Part shown: one piece after another, positions 36,903 to 49,166 of the stretch
How the letters are laid out: each line of letters opens with the position of its first letter
Numbering within the stretch: position 1 is the first letter of the stretch
Source: Myxococcota bacterium
GTDB lineage: Bacteria; Myxococcota_A; UBA9160; PR03
Assembly (NCBI GenBank): GCA_041611735.1
Contig: JBFIML010000012.1
Coordinates: 1-64,000 of the forward strand
Length of the DNA stretch: 64,000 nucleotides
Reading direction: 5' to 3'
The notes under the pieces: model-generated
Told to the model about the DNA's origin: nothing
The model's input: the letters and a program-made list of their open reading frames with translations, nothing else
The model's database searches: none
Made by a program: the position numbers and the translations under genes

Positions 36903-38015
36903 TCAGCTGCCGCCGCCCGGATCCCCGTCCGGCCGGACCTCGCCCGGGTCGGCCTTGGCCTCGCCCGGACCCGCCTTGACCTTGCCCGGACCGGCCTTGG
37001 CCTCGCCCGGGCCGGCCTTGACCTCGGCCGGAGCGGCCTTGGCCTTGGCCTCGGCCCCGGGCTCCTCACCGGAACGCGGCCCCCGGCGCCCGCCCGCCGA
37101 GCGCCCAGCGCCCCCGGCCCCGCGGCCGCGCCGCGGTGGCTGCTTGATCTCCACCACCACACGCCCGCTGGCAGGCGCTGCGGCGGCGGCCTCGCGCCCG
37201 GTCGCCTCCTGGGCGACCTGGGCCTGGATGCGCTCCTCGCAGAGCACGGCCCCCTCGAGGCAGGCGTCCGCCACCCGTGCGCTGTAGAGCTGGATGGCGC
37301 GGATCGCGTCGTCGTTGCCCGGAATCACGTAGTCGATGCCCAGCGGATCGCAGTTCGAGTCGACCACGGCGACGATCGGGATGACGAGGCGCCGGGCCTC
37401 CTGGATCGCGATGTGCTCGCGGCTCACGTCGATCACGAATAGGGCGTCCGGGAGCCTCGTCATCTCGCGGATGCCGTCGAATGCCTTGCTGTAACGGTCC
37501 ACCTCGCGGCTCAGGCGAGACCGCTCCTTCTTGGAGAGATCCTTGAGCTTCTCCTCGTCTTCGAGCACTTCCAGCAGGCTCTTGAAGCGCTCGATGGACT
37601 TCTTCACGGTGCGGAAGTTGGTCAGCATCCCGCCCAGCCAGCGGTTGTTCACGTAGAACTGCTCGGCCCGCTCCGCTTCGAGCTGCATCGACGGCGCGGC
37701 CTGCCGCTTGGTGCCAACGAAGAGCACCTTGCCGCCGGCCGCCACGGTCTCACGCACGAAGTCGAGGGCGGCGCGCAGACGCACCAGCGTCTGGTCCAGA
37801 TCCACGATGTGGATGCCATTACGCTCCCCGAACAGGAACGGCTTCATGCGCGGGTTCCAGCGTCGGGTCTGGTGCCCGAAGTGGACGCCCGCCTCCAACA
37901 GCTCGCGCACCGTGGGCGGGCCGACGGGCCGCTCGGCGGCGGCCTCGGCGCCCGCTGCGGGCGGCGGCGTGGGGGGGGTGGAGACGGACGGATCGGGAGG
38001 GGTCGTCTCGACCAT
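36903..38015 (-). CDS. rpsB: 30S ribosomal protein S2 with N- and C-terminal extensions
   Basis: LLEAGVHFGHQTRRWNPRM, RWLGGMLTN, IPGNDDAIRA; ATG 38015 after AAGGAG. Confidence 0.97.
   Translation of the reverse strand: MVETTPPDPSVSTPPTPPPAAGAEAAAERPVGPPTVRELLEAGVHFGHQTRRWNPRMKPFLFGERNGIHIVDLDQTLVRLRAALDFVRETVAAGGKVLFVGTKRQAAPSMQLEAERAEQFYVNNRWLGGMLTNFRTVKKSIERFKSLLEVLEDEEKLKDLSKKERSRLSREVDRYSKAFDGIREMTRLPDALFVIDVSREHIAIQEARRLVIPIVAVVDSNCDPLGIDYVIPGNDDAIRAIQLYSARVADACLEGAVLCEERIQAQVAQEATGREAAAAAPASGRVVVEIKQPPRRGRGAGGAGRSAGGRRGPRSGEEPGAEAKAKAAPAEVKAGPGEAKAGPGKVKAGPGEAKADPGEVRPDGDPGGGS
36937..37041. repeat. Five imperfect 21-bp tandem repeats in the rpsB tail
   Basis: Units like (a/g)cctcgcccggnccggccttg starting at 36937, 36958, 36979, 37000, 37021; they encode KAGPGE(A/V)-type heptads. 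Confidence 0.85.
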
Positions 38016-38030
38016 GCACTTCTCCTTCGC

Positions 38031-38114
38031 GGTTGACCTCCGCTCCGGCCGTGGCTCCCGGAAACCCGCCGCACCAGCCAGCGGGCACCGCCCCGGGCGG
38101 TCCGGAACGTGTGG
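38031..38114 (-). ncRNA. rpsB 5' leader (t44 / S2 autoregulatory RNA-like)
   Basis: CCACACGTTCCGG...GCGGTGCCCGC...GCGGG...CCGGAGCGGAGGTCAACC directly upstream of rpsB; resembles the conserved ends of the t44 leader. Confidence 0.65.
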
Positions 38115-38184
38115 AATGGCGAGGAGATAGCAGAGTCGCGAGGGAAACTCTAGGGATTCGGAGCACCCCGCGGGCCCGGCGGCC

Positions 38185-39381
38185 TCACGTGGTGTACTCG
38201 GCGTTGATGCGAACGTAGGCGGGGGAGAGGTCGCAGGTCCACAGGGTCGCCTGCCCCCGACCCACGCCCAGGTGGGCGTGCACCTCGACGGCTTCACGGC
38301 GCAGCTTCGCAGCGGCTCGCCGGCGCGCGGCGGGCCCGGCGGGGACGCCTGCCCGGTAGACGGACACCCCGCCGAGGCGCACCTCCGCCCGGCGCAGGTC
38401 CAGGACCAGCCTCCCGGCACCGATGGTCTGCAGGATGCGGCCCCAGTTGGGGTCGGCTCCGTGGACCGCCGTCTTCACCAGCAGCGAGTTGGCCACGCGG
38501 CGGGCCGCCTGCTCCGCCTCCCCCGCATCGCGCGCGCCCGTGACCCGAACCGTCACCAGCTTGGTAGCCCCCTCCCCGTCCCGGGCGATGGCCCGGGCGA
38601 GCCCGGCGCACAGGCGACCCAGGGCCCCGGCGAAGGCCCGGGCCTCCGGGCTCGTGGCGCCGCGCAGAGGCCGGTTGCCGGCCCGACCGCTCGCCAGCAG
38701 CAGCAGCGTGTCGCTGGTGGAAGTCTCCCCGTCCACCGTGACCCGGTTGAAGGTCGCCTCGCACGCCTCGCGCAGCAGGCGCCGCAGGGTCGGGGCCGCC
38801 ACTGCGGCGTCCGTGAGCACGAAGGCGAGCATCGTGGCCATGTCCGGCTCGATCATGCCCGCCCCCTTGGCGCAACCGGCCAGCGTCGCCACACGACGGC
38901 CGAGGCGCACGCGGGTCGACGCCCACTTGGGCTGGGTGTCCGTGGTCAGGATGGCCTCGGCCGCCCGGGGCAGACCGTCCGGGGCCAGCGCCGCCACGGC
39001 CCGGGGGATGCCGAGCCGCAGGCGCGGCATGGGAAGCGGCTGACCGATCACCCCCGTCGAAGCGACCAGCACTTCCCGTTCCGGGCAGCCCAGGGCGCGC
39101 GCCACCCAGGCGCTCATCTGCCGGGCGTCGCGCTGGCCGCGGGCGCCCGTGGCCACGTTCGAGACGCCGCTGTTCACCACCACCGCCCGGGCCCGGCCCG
39201 CGCGCACGCGCTCTCGCGACAGCGCCACGGGAGCCCCCACCACCGTGGAGCGCGTGAACACGCCGGCCGCGGCGGCGGGGGCGTCGCTCACGAGCAGGGC
39301 CAGATCGAGGCCCCGGCGCTTGATGCCGCAGCGTACCCCGCTCGCCCGGAAGCCCGGCACGACGGGCGGCCGTCGCGCCAT
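38185..39381 (-). CDS. argJ: Glutamate N-acetyltransferase / amino-acid acetyltransferase
   Basis: STGVIG, ILTTDT, KGAGMIEPDMATML, DGEGATK, DPNWGRI, INAEYTT. Confidence 0.96.
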   Translation of the reverse strand: MARRPPVVPGFRASGVRCGIKRRGLDLALLVSDAPAAAAGVFTRSTVVGAPVALSRERVRAGRARAVVVNSGVSNVATGARGQRDARQMSAWVARALGCPEREVLVASTGVIGQPLPMPRLRLGIPRAVAALAPDGLPRAAEAILTTDTQPKWASTRVRLGRRVATLAGCAKGAGMIEPDMATMLAFVLTDAAVAAPTLRRLLREACEATFNRVTVDGETSTSDTLLLLASGRAGNRPLRGATSPEARAFAGALGRLCAGLARAIARDGEGATKLVTVRVTGARDAGEAEQAARRVANSLLVKTAVHGADPNWGRILQTIGAGRLVLDLRRAEVRLGGVSVYRAGVPAGPAARRRAAAKLRREAVEVHAHLGVGRGQATLWTCDLSPAYVRINAEYTT

Positions 39382-39388
39382 GGAGCGC

Positions 39389-42190
<2,802 letters not shown>

Positions 42191-42232
42191 GGGGAAGCGC
42201 GGTTCTCCCGCTCGGGGGGCGAGCCTGCAAGG

Positions 42233-42261
42233 AAGGTAGGAGACGCCCCGACGGCGGGCAA
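42233..42261 (-). promoter_or_regulatory. sigma70-like promoter of secA (TTGCCC-N17-TACCTT)
   Basis: Spacing and TAnnnT -10 in the intergenic region. Confidence 0.4.
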
Positions 42262-42283
42262 ACGGCCCGGGGAGCCCGGACCC

Positions 42284-43315
42284 CTACTCGAACACGTAGT
42301 CCAGGGGATCCACGGCCTTGCTGCGAACCTCCACCGCATAGTGCAGGTGGGGCCCCGTGCTGCGCCCGCTGCTCCCGACGCTTCCGATGCGCTCCCCGCG
42401 CTCCACTTCCTGGCCCTTGCGAACCAGGATCTCGGCCAGGTGGCCGTAGGTGGTGCGGATGCCCCAGCCGTGGTCGATCTGCACGGAGCGGCCCAGGGCG
42501 CCCTTGCGCCCCACGAAGTGGACCTTGCCCCGGCCGGGCGCCACCACCGCAGTGCCGAACGGGCTCGCGATGTCCAGGCCCGCGTGGAACTGGGGCCGGC
42601 CCGTGAAGGGCGAGACGCGGCGCCCGAAGCGCGAGGTGAGCCAGCCCTCGGTGGGCCAGATGGAAGGGGTTGCCGCCAGCTGGCGGCTCTTGCCCTCGAC
42701 CTGCGCCAGCAGCGCCCTCATGGACTCCTCTCGCACCAGGGAGGCTTCCGCCAGGGTGCGCGCCCGCTGGCGCAGGTGAGCGAGCACCGTGGCCTCGGAG
42801 CTCGGGAACGCAACGAGGGAGGCGCCGGCCGGCGCGGGGTGGAGGACCGCGCCCGGGGCGGGCGGGAGGCGCGCGGGCGAGGTGCGCGCGGATGGCTCCT
42901 CGGCGGCCTCGTCCTCGCCCCCGCCTCCCAAGGCGGGGGCGTCCTCCTCGCCGTGGGTGTGCTCGGTGGCGTGGGGCAGGTTCGCGATCACGCGTACCTT
43001 GCGCTCGAACTCCTGGAGCGCCGCGAGACGCTGCTCCAGGGCGTTCACCTGGTCGGCGAAGCGAGCCACCTGCTCGCCCTGGGCCCGGGTCTCCAGGCGC
43101 AGCCGCTCCACGTCCACGGCATCGATCCGCAGTCGGGCCCAGTCCACCAGTCCCACCAGCAGCAGACACGCCAGGAGGGCGCCGAAGGCGGCCAGGTGCT
43201 GGAGGCTCGTCCGCCCCACGTGGAAGCGGCGGACCCGCGACACTCCGTCGGGAACGACGATGATGGTGTAGCGTTCGCGCTTGCGGTCGGTCCGTCCCGG
43301 GGCCCTCGGACTCAT
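42284..43315 (-). CDS. M23-family peptidoglycan endopeptidase (TM, coiled coil)
   Basis: TPSIWP, HAGLD, YGHL, STGPHLHY; ATGA overlap with the FHA gene. Confidence 0.92.
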   Translation of the reverse strand: MSPRAPGRTDRKRERYTIIVVPDGVSRVRRFHVGRTSLQHLAAFGALLACLLLVGLVDWARLRIDAVDVERLRLETRAQGEQVARFADQVNALEQRLAALQEFERKVRVIANLPHATEHTHGEEDAPALGGGGEDEAAEEPSARTSPARLPPAPGAVLHPAPAGASLVAFPSSEATVLAHLRQRARTLAEASLVREESMRALLAQVEGKSRQLAATPSIWPTEGWLTSRFGRRVSPFTGRPQFHAGLDIASPFGTAVVAPGRGKVHFVGRKGALGRSVQIDHGWGIRTTYGHLAEILVRKGQEVERGERIGSVGSSGRSTGPHLHYAVEVRSKAVDPLDYVFE

Positions 43316-43674
43316 GCTCCGACCCCGCCCCTTCCCGGCAGGCGCAGGCGCAGCCGCAGCGTGCCGATCTGCACCTCGTCGCCGTCGCCGAGCGCTGCGC
43401 GCTGGCAGGGACGCCCGTTGTGAAGCGTGCCGTTGGTGCTGCCCAGGTCCTGGACGAAGAAGCCCTGCTCGTCGAAGCCGATTGCCACGTGGGCGCGCGA
43501 GACGGTGGGATCCGCCAGCATCACGTCCGCCCCCCGACCCCGCCCGATCACGACCCACTCGCGATCGACGGGCACCTCCAGCCCCGCGTAGAAGCCACTC
43601 GCCACCACGATCGAGGCCCCCCCAGGAACGAGCTGGCTGGAGGTGCGGCGTTCGGCGAGCGCAGTTCCGGTCAT
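43312..43674 (-). CDS. Stand-alone FHA domain protein
   Basis: VIGR, VSRAH, DLGSTNGT, GDEVQIG. Confidence 0.9.
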   Translation of the reverse strand: MTGTALAERRTSSQLVPGGASIVVASGFYAGLEVPVDREWVVIGRGRGADVMLADPTVSRAHVAIGFDEQGFFVQDLGSTNGTLHNGRPCQRAALGDGDEVQIGTLRLRLRLPGRGGVGA

Positions 43675-43742
43675 GCTCGTCGTCCCTTCGGACGCCCGGG
43701 AGCGTGAGCGCCCTCACGGGCCCTGCCCGGGCCCCCCCTGGC

Positions 43743-43770
43743 TCATCGGAGCCGAAACCCGCCGGCTTGA
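43743..43770 (-). promoter_or_regulatory. Putative sigma28-like promoter (TCAAG-N15-TCCGATGA)
   Basis: Same motif as in the secretion locus; intergenic, upstream of FHA-M23. Confidence 0.5.
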
Positions 43771-43781
43771 TCGCGTCGGCC

Positions 43782-45515
43782 TCAGCGGGGCGGGGGCGGA
43801 GGCGGGCGGGCGCGGCGCGGGGTGCGCCGGCTGCGCAGCAGCTCCCGGGCGTGGCGGCGGGTGGCCTCGCTCACCGCCTCACCTCCGGCCATCCTGGCGA
43901 TCTCCTCCACCCGCCCACTCTCCCCGAGGGGAAGCACCGAGGTCCGGGTGCGCCCGGCTCCCATCTCCTTCTCCACCCGCAGGTGGGTGTCGGCGAAGGC
44001 GGCGATCTGCGGCAGGTGGGTGATGCAGAGGACCTGATGTTCCCGGGCCAGCTCCGCGAGCACCCGCCCCACCCGGTCCGCGGCACGACCGGCGATGCCA
44101 GCGTCCACCTCGTCGAACACGAGCACCATGCCCGTCTCGCTGCGGCGCAGGGCGTTCTTGAGGGCCAGGAAGAGGCGCGAGAGCTCCCCGCCCGACGCGA
44201 CCCGCTGGAGTGGGCGCGGCGGCTCCCCGGGGTTGGCGGCGAAGCGGAACTCGACGAGCTCTGCTCCGGATGCGGCGCACGGCATCTCGTCCAGCACGGG
44301 CGCCGGCTCGAGCGCCACCGAGAGACGCGCGCGGGGCATGGCGAGGCCCGCCAGGGCGTCCTCGAGACTGCCCTCGAGACGCCGCGCCGCCGCGGCTCGG
44401 CCCCGGGAGAGCCCCTGCGCGGCCTGCACCAGCTCCTCCCGGAGCGGGCCCTCGCGCTGCTCGAGCTCGCGCACCCGTTCGTCGTGACCCTGGAGCCCGA
44501 CCTGCTCGCGCGCCAGCTCGTCCCTTGCGCGCAGCACCGCGTCCTCGGTGCCCCCGTACTTGCGACGCAGGCGCTCGAGCTGCCGCAGCCGCTCCTCCAC
44601 CTGGGCCAGGCGCTCCGGGTCCGCCTCGATGCCGGAGGCGTAGCGCTCGAGCTCGGCCGCCACGTCCACCAGCTCCGCATGGGCCGCGCGCAGGCGGGCG
44701 GCCAGCTCCTGGCCGCCGGCGTCGAGGCGCGCGATTTCCTCCGCGCGCCGGGCCGCCTCGGCCACCAGGTCCGCAGCGGCCGCGGCGTCCTCCAGGGCCG
44801 GATCGCCCACCAGGCGCCCGGCCCCGGCCAGCGCCTCGCCACGCAGGCGCTCGGCGTGCACGCGGCGGGCGTGCTCGGCCTCGAGCGCCGCCCACTGGCC
44901 GGGCACGAGCTGCGCCTCGTCGATCTCGCGCAGCTGGAAGGTCAGGAAGTCTGCGCGCCGGGCTCGCTCCTCCGCCTCCGCCACCAGCCGCCGCCGCTCC
45001 TCCCGCACCGCCCGGAGCGTCGTCCACGCCTGCTCCACGGCGCGCCGCTCCGCCTCCAGACCGCCGAAGGCATCCAGCAGGCGCGCGTGGCTGCCGGCCC
45101 GGCGCAGGGCCTGGGACTCGTGCTGGCTGCTGATCTCGAGCCGCCCCGCGAACAGCTCCGTCAGGCTGGCGGCGGGCACCAGGCGCCCCCCCACCTGGGC
45201 GCGGCTGCGCCCGCCGCGGCCCACGCTGCGCGCCACCACCAGGCTGTGGTCCTCGGGAGCGAGACCCCGTTCGGCGAGCTCCGCCACCAGCTCCGGCAAC
45301 CGCTCGGTCCGGAAGACCGCCTCCACGCGCGCCTCCTCCGCCCCTTCGCGCACCACTTCGCTCGAGGCCCGCCCTCCGGCCAGCAGGGCCAGCGCACCGA
45401 GCACCAGGGACTTGCCCGCGCCGGTCTCGCCGGTCAGCACGTTGAGCCCGGGCCCGAACTCGATCTCCGCGCGCTCCACCACCGCCAGGTCGGCGATGCG
45501 CAGCGTCTCGATCAC
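43782..45515 (-). CDS. recN: DNA repair protein RecN
   Basis: LTGETGAGKS, VASGGELSR, FDEVDAGI, CITHLPQIAA. Confidence 0.96.
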   Translation of the reverse strand: MIETLRIADLAVVERAEIEFGPGLNVLTGETGAGKSLVLGALALLAGGRASSEVVREGAEEARVEAVFRTERLPELVAELAERGLAPEDHSLVVARSVGRGGRSRAQVGGRLVPAASLTELFAGRLEISSQHESQALRRAGSHARLLDAFGGLEAERRAVEQAWTTLRAVREERRRLVAEAEERARRADFLTFQLREIDEAQLVPGQWAALEAEHARRVHAERLRGEALAGAGRLVGDPALEDAAAAADLVAEAARRAEEIARLDAGGQELAARLRAAHAELVDVAAELERYASGIEADPERLAQVEERLRQLERLRRKYGGTEDAVLRARDELAREQVGLQGHDERVRELEQREGPLREELVQAAQGLSRGRAAAARRLEGSLEDALAGLAMPRARLSVALEPAPVLDEMPCAASGAELVEFRFAANPGEPPRPLQRVASGGELSRLFLALKNALRRSETGMVLVFDEVDAGIAGRAADRVGRVLAELAREHQVLCITHLPQIAAFADTHLRVEKEMGAGRTRTSVLPLGESGRVEEIARMAGGEAVSEATRRHARELLRSRRTPRRARPPPPPPR

Positions 45516-46369
45516 CGCTCCCCCCAGCGCAGCTTCGTCCGCAGCACCTGGAAGCGGTTGCGCTCGGGAGACACGACCAGGTGGACCGGGTGCTGGGCGC
45601 GTCGCACGCGCACCACGTCCCCGGGCTGGAGCAGGTCTCCCTCCTGCCCGTCCACCGTGAGCTGCACCTCGCCGCCCCGCGGCTGCACGCGGATCTCGAT
45701 CTCCACCGAAGCGGGCAGCACGAGCGGACGCTGGGTCAGGGTGTGGGGACAGATGGGCGTCAGCACCAGCGCCCCCACGCCGGGCACCAGGATCGGCCCG
45801 CCCGCCGAGAGCGAGTACGCCGTGGAGCCGGTCGGCGTTGCGACGATCAGCCCGTCGGCATGGTAGGTGGTGACCTCGACCCCGTCGGCCCGCGTCTCCA
45901 CGTCGATGATGCGCGCCAGGGCGCTCTTGGTGACGACCGCGTCGTTGAGCGCCAGGCGTACCCGGTGCTCCCGCCCGCCGCGCTCCAGGTGCACTGCCAG
46001 CCGCATGCGCTCCTCCACGTGCATGCGCCCGGCGAGGAAGCGCTCGAGGGCGCCTTGCGCCTCGTCGAGTCCCACCTCCGAGAGGAAGCCCAGGGTGCCG
46101 AGGTTCACGGCCAGGATCGGGACGGGATGGGTTCCGGTCTTGCGCGCAACGTCGAGCAGGGTGCCGTCACCCCCCAGCACCACCAGCAGGTCCACGGCGC
46201 TGGCCAGCCGCTCCCGGTCCTCACCCGGCCGCCGCAGGGGCTCCGCCGCCTCGTGGTCGAGCCGGACCTGGAGGCCGCGTTCCACGAGCCACTTCTCCAG
46301 CTCGCGCAGCACGCCGGCCGCCTGCGGCTGACCGGGCTTCAGACACACCCCCACGCTGCCAATCGTCAC
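45512..46369 (-). CDS. nadK: NAD kinase
   Basis: LGGDGT, GTLGFL, LND, ATPTGSTAYSLSAGGP, ICPH. Confidence 0.95.
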   Translation of the reverse strand: MTIGSVGVCLKPGQPQAAGVLRELEKWLVERGLQVRLDHEAAEPLRRPGEDRERLASAVDLLVVLGGDGTLLDVARKTGTHPVPILAVNLGTLGFLSEVGLDEAQGALERFLAGRMHVEERMRLAVHLERGGREHRVRLALNDAVVTKSALARIIDVETRADGVEVTTYHADGLIVATPTGSTAYSLSAGGPILVPGVGALVLTPICPHTLTQRPLVLPASVEIEIRVQPRGGEVQLTVDGQEGDLLQPGDVVRVRRAQHPVHLVVSPERNRFQVLRTKLRWGER

Positions 46370-46408
46370 GGGCGGCCTCGACGGTTCGCATCACGCTAGC
46401 ATCGGGCC

Positions 46409-47794
46409 GTGCCTGCCGACGAGCCCCTGGACCTGTTCGAACGCGAGCGACCACGCGCTCGCGCACTGCAGGCGCCGCTCGCCGACCGCATGCGGCCGCG
46501 TTCGCTCGAGGACGTGCTCGGCCAGGCACACCTGGTGGGTCCCGGCGCCCCCCTGCGCACCCTGGTGGAATCGGGGAGCCTGCCCTCGCTCGTCCTCTGG
46601 GGGCCTCCCGGCTCGGGCAAGACCACGCTCGCCCGCCTGCTGGCGGCCGGGCCCGGCCAGGGCTCCGGGCCGCCGCGCGTGCGCTTCGTGCCCCTCTCGG
46701 CGGTCCTGGCCGGCGTCAAGGACGTGCGCGCGGTGGTGGAGCGCGCCGCCCGGGAGCAGGCGGCCGGCGTTCGGACGGTGCTCTTCCTCGACGAGATCCA
46801 CCGCTTCCATCGCGGCCAGCAGGACGCCCTGCTGCCGCACGTGGAGCACGGCACCGTGACGCTGATCGGCGCCACCACGGAGAACCCCTGCTTCGAACTG
46901 GCGCCGCCCCTCCTCTCGCGCTGCCGCGTCTTCGTGCTGCGTCGGCTGGATGCCGAGACCCTGGCCGCCCTGGTGCGGCGGGCCGCCACCGACGCCGAGC
47001 GCGGGCTCGGGGCGAGCGGCGTGCGGCTCGACGAGGAGGCGGTCGCCGCCCTGGTGGACGCCGCGGACGGAGACGCGCGCCGCGCCCTGGGCCTGTTGGA
47101 GAGCGCCGTCTCCCTCTGGCAGCGTGGGCCGCGCGACGTCCCGCTGGCAGCCGCCCTGGTAGGCGAGGCGTCCGGCCAGCGCGTGCTGGTCCACGACCGG
47201 GACCGCGAGGAGCACTACAACGTGATCTCCGCCCTGATCAAAAGCCTGCGGGCCAGCGACCCGGACGCCGGGCTCTACTGGCTCGCCCGCCTGCTCGAGG
47301 CGGGCGAGGACCCCTGCTTCGTGGCGCGGCGCCTCGTGGTGTTCGCCGCCGAGGACGTGGGCAACGCCGAGCCCCAGGCCCTCTCCCTGGCCACCGCCGC
47401 CCACCTGGCCGCCGAGCGCATCGGCATGCCCGAGGCGCGCATCCCCCTGGCCCAGGCCGTGGCCTTCCTGGCGTGCGCCCCCAAGAGCAACGCCGCCTAC
47501 GCCGGACTCGAACGCGCCCGGCGCGACGTGCGGGATCGCGGCTCCTTGCCGGTCCCCCTGCACCTGCGCAACGCCCCCACCCCGCTCCTTCGTGAGCTCG
47601 GCTACGGCCGCGGCTATCGCGATCCCCACCACGAGCCGGGCGGGTTCGTGGCGGACCCGAACCTTCCGCCGGAGCTCGGCACGCCGCACTACTACGAGCC
47701 GGGAGAGGCCGGGGCCGAGCGTTCGATCCGCGAGCGGCTCTCCGCCTGGCGCGCCCGTCGAGCGGCGCCAGGGGAGGATCCGGAGCGCTCCTAG
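46409..47794 (+). CDS. rarA: Replication-associated recombination AAA+ ATPase RarA/MgsA
   Basis: PLADRMRP, WGPPGSGKTT, DEIHRF, ATTENP, LIKSLRASD, PKSN, VPLHLRNAP. Confidence 0.95.
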   Translation: MPADEPLDLFERERPRARALQAPLADRMRPRSLEDVLGQAHLVGPGAPLRTLVESGSLPSLVLWGPPGSGKTTLARLLAAGPGQGSGPPRVRFVPLSAVLAGVKDVRAVVERAAREQAAGVRTVLFLDEIHRFHRGQQDALLPHVEHGTVTLIGATTENPCFELAPPLLSRCRVFVLRRLDAETLAALVRRAATDAERGLGASGVRLDEEAVAALVDAADGDARRALGLLESAVSLWQRGPRDVPLAAALVGEASGQRVLVHDRDREEHYNVISALIKSLRASDPDAGLYWLARLLEAGEDPCFVARRLVVFAAEDVGNAEPQALSLATAAHLAAERIGMPEARIPLAQAVAFLACAPKSNAAYAGLERARRDVRDRGSLPVPLHLRNAPTPLLRELGYGRGYRDPHHEPGGFVADPNLPPELGTPHYYEPGEAGAERSIRERLSAWRARRAAPGEDPERS

Positions 47795-47953
47795 AGCGCC
47801 GTCCCGGGAACCCCGGCCGAGCCGGTGCGTGGCTTCGCCCCGAGATCGAGGCGCGAGATCGCAGCCATCGCCGTGGCTACCGCGAGCCGCAACGCACGGA
47901 TCGGGTCGAAGGCGCGGGCCCGGCGACCGGGGGGTTCGTGAGATGGCCTCTAG
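47791..47953. mobile_element. 155-bp MITE/REP-like element flanked by CTAG direct repeats
   Basis: CTAG at 47791-47794 and 47950-47953; imperfect terminal inverted repeats AGCGCCGTCCCGGGAACCCC / GGGGTTCGTGAGATGGCCT; internal self-complementarity. Confidence 0.55.
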
Positions 47954-48882
47954 TCGTCGCCGGTGCGGATGCGCGCGGCCGCCACGCGGTTGCGGCCATC
48001 CTGCTTGGCGCGATAGAGCGCCTCGTCGGCGGCCTCGAGCAGGGTCTCCGGCGAATCGATGCCGGGACCGAGGGACGCGACGCCGATGCTCACCGTGGCC
48101 TGCACGGTGTCGCCGCGCGGCGTCGGGAACTCGCTCTCCTCGGTCACCATGCGCACGCGCTCGGCGGCGGCCAGGGCTCCCTTGCGGTCCGTGTGCGGGA
48201 GGAGCACGAAGAACTCCTCGCCGCCCCAGCGCGCAGCCACGTCGGTGGCGCGCAGCGTGCGGCGCACGACCTCGCCGAAGCCACGCAGGATGGTGTCCCC
48301 TGCCCGGTGGCCGTGGCAGTCGTTCACGCGCTTGAACTGGTCGAGGTCTGCCATCCAGGCGGAGAGCGGCATGCGGTAGCGGCAGGAACGCACCAGCTCG
48401 AGGGGCATCACCTCGGTCAGATAGCGGCGCGTGCGCAGCCCCGTCAGGGGATCGGTCATGGAGAGCTGCTCCAGCTCGCTGTTGCGTTCGCGCAGCCGCT
48501 GCTGGAGCTGCTTGATCCGAAGGTGCAGATCCAGGCGGGCGAGCAGCTCCGGCGCGTGATAGGGCTTCGCGATCACGTCGCTCGCCCCATCACGGAGCAG
48601 GCGTGCGGTGCGCTCGGGATCCTCGTTGGCGGTCACGAACAGGAAGGGCACCTCCGGCCGCCCTTGGCGCCCGCCCTTGGCCCGCAACAGCTTCTCGCCG
48701 TCGATTCCCGGGAGGTGCAGGTCGCACAGCACCACGTCCACCGGCTCGGAGAGCAGGATGCGCAGGCCGCCCAGGCCGTCCTCCGCCTCGAGGACGCGCT
48801 CGAAGCGGCCGGACCCTTCCAGCGCCTCCTTCAGGGCACGGCGCTGGAGGGTCGAGTCCTCGATCACCAGGATGGTGGTCAT
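47950..48882 (-). CDS. REC-GGDEF diguanylate cyclase (WspR/PleD-like)
   Basis: ILVIEDS, LCDLHLP, DPLTG, ADLDQFKRVND, RATD I-site, RWGGEEF; ATG 48882. Confidence 0.92.
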   Translation of the reverse strand: MTTILVIEDSTLQRRALKEALEGSGRFERVLEAEDGLGGLRILLSEPVDVVLCDLHLPGIDGEKLLRAKGGRQGRPEVPFLFVTANEDPERTARLLRDGASDVIAKPYHAPELLARLDLHLRIKQLQQRLRERNSELEQLSMTDPLTGLRTRRYLTEVMPLELVRSCRYRMPLSAWMADLDQFKRVNDCHGHRAGDTILRGFGEVVRRTLRATDVAARWGGEEFFVLLPHTDRKGALAAAERVRMVTEESEFPTPRGDTVQATVSIGVASLGPGIDSPETLLEAADEALYRAKQDGRNRVAAARIRTGDD

Positions 48883-49166
48883 GCGCCCCTCCGGCCCGAC
48901 GGGATCTCGCCGGGTCATCGGCTGAACCCGGGAGAAACCTGTGGGGAACCGTGGAGAGGAGGGCGAGGGAGGCCTCCCCGGAGGGGCGCGGGTTCGGATG
49001 ACACGCAGCCCGGCGATGGGCCACTGCTCCAACAGAGGGGAGAGGAGCGGCCATGAAGCGGGCCATGGAGCGGGGTCGGCGGGCGCTGCGGTGCGGCTTC
49101 GGGCTCTACCGGGAGCTGGCCCGCTCGGCCCTGCGGCTGCTCCCGGGCCGGGCGTAGGGCTGCGCC

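Noticed and set aside
36937-37041. Tandem repeats as a CRISPR array
   Set aside because: No spacers, in-frame within rpsB, no cas genes.
49045-49073. Short direct repeat gagcgg(g)ccatg and possible sigma54 site upstream of the DGC
   Set aside because: Only about two copies, and the GG-to-GC spacing does not fit -24/-12.
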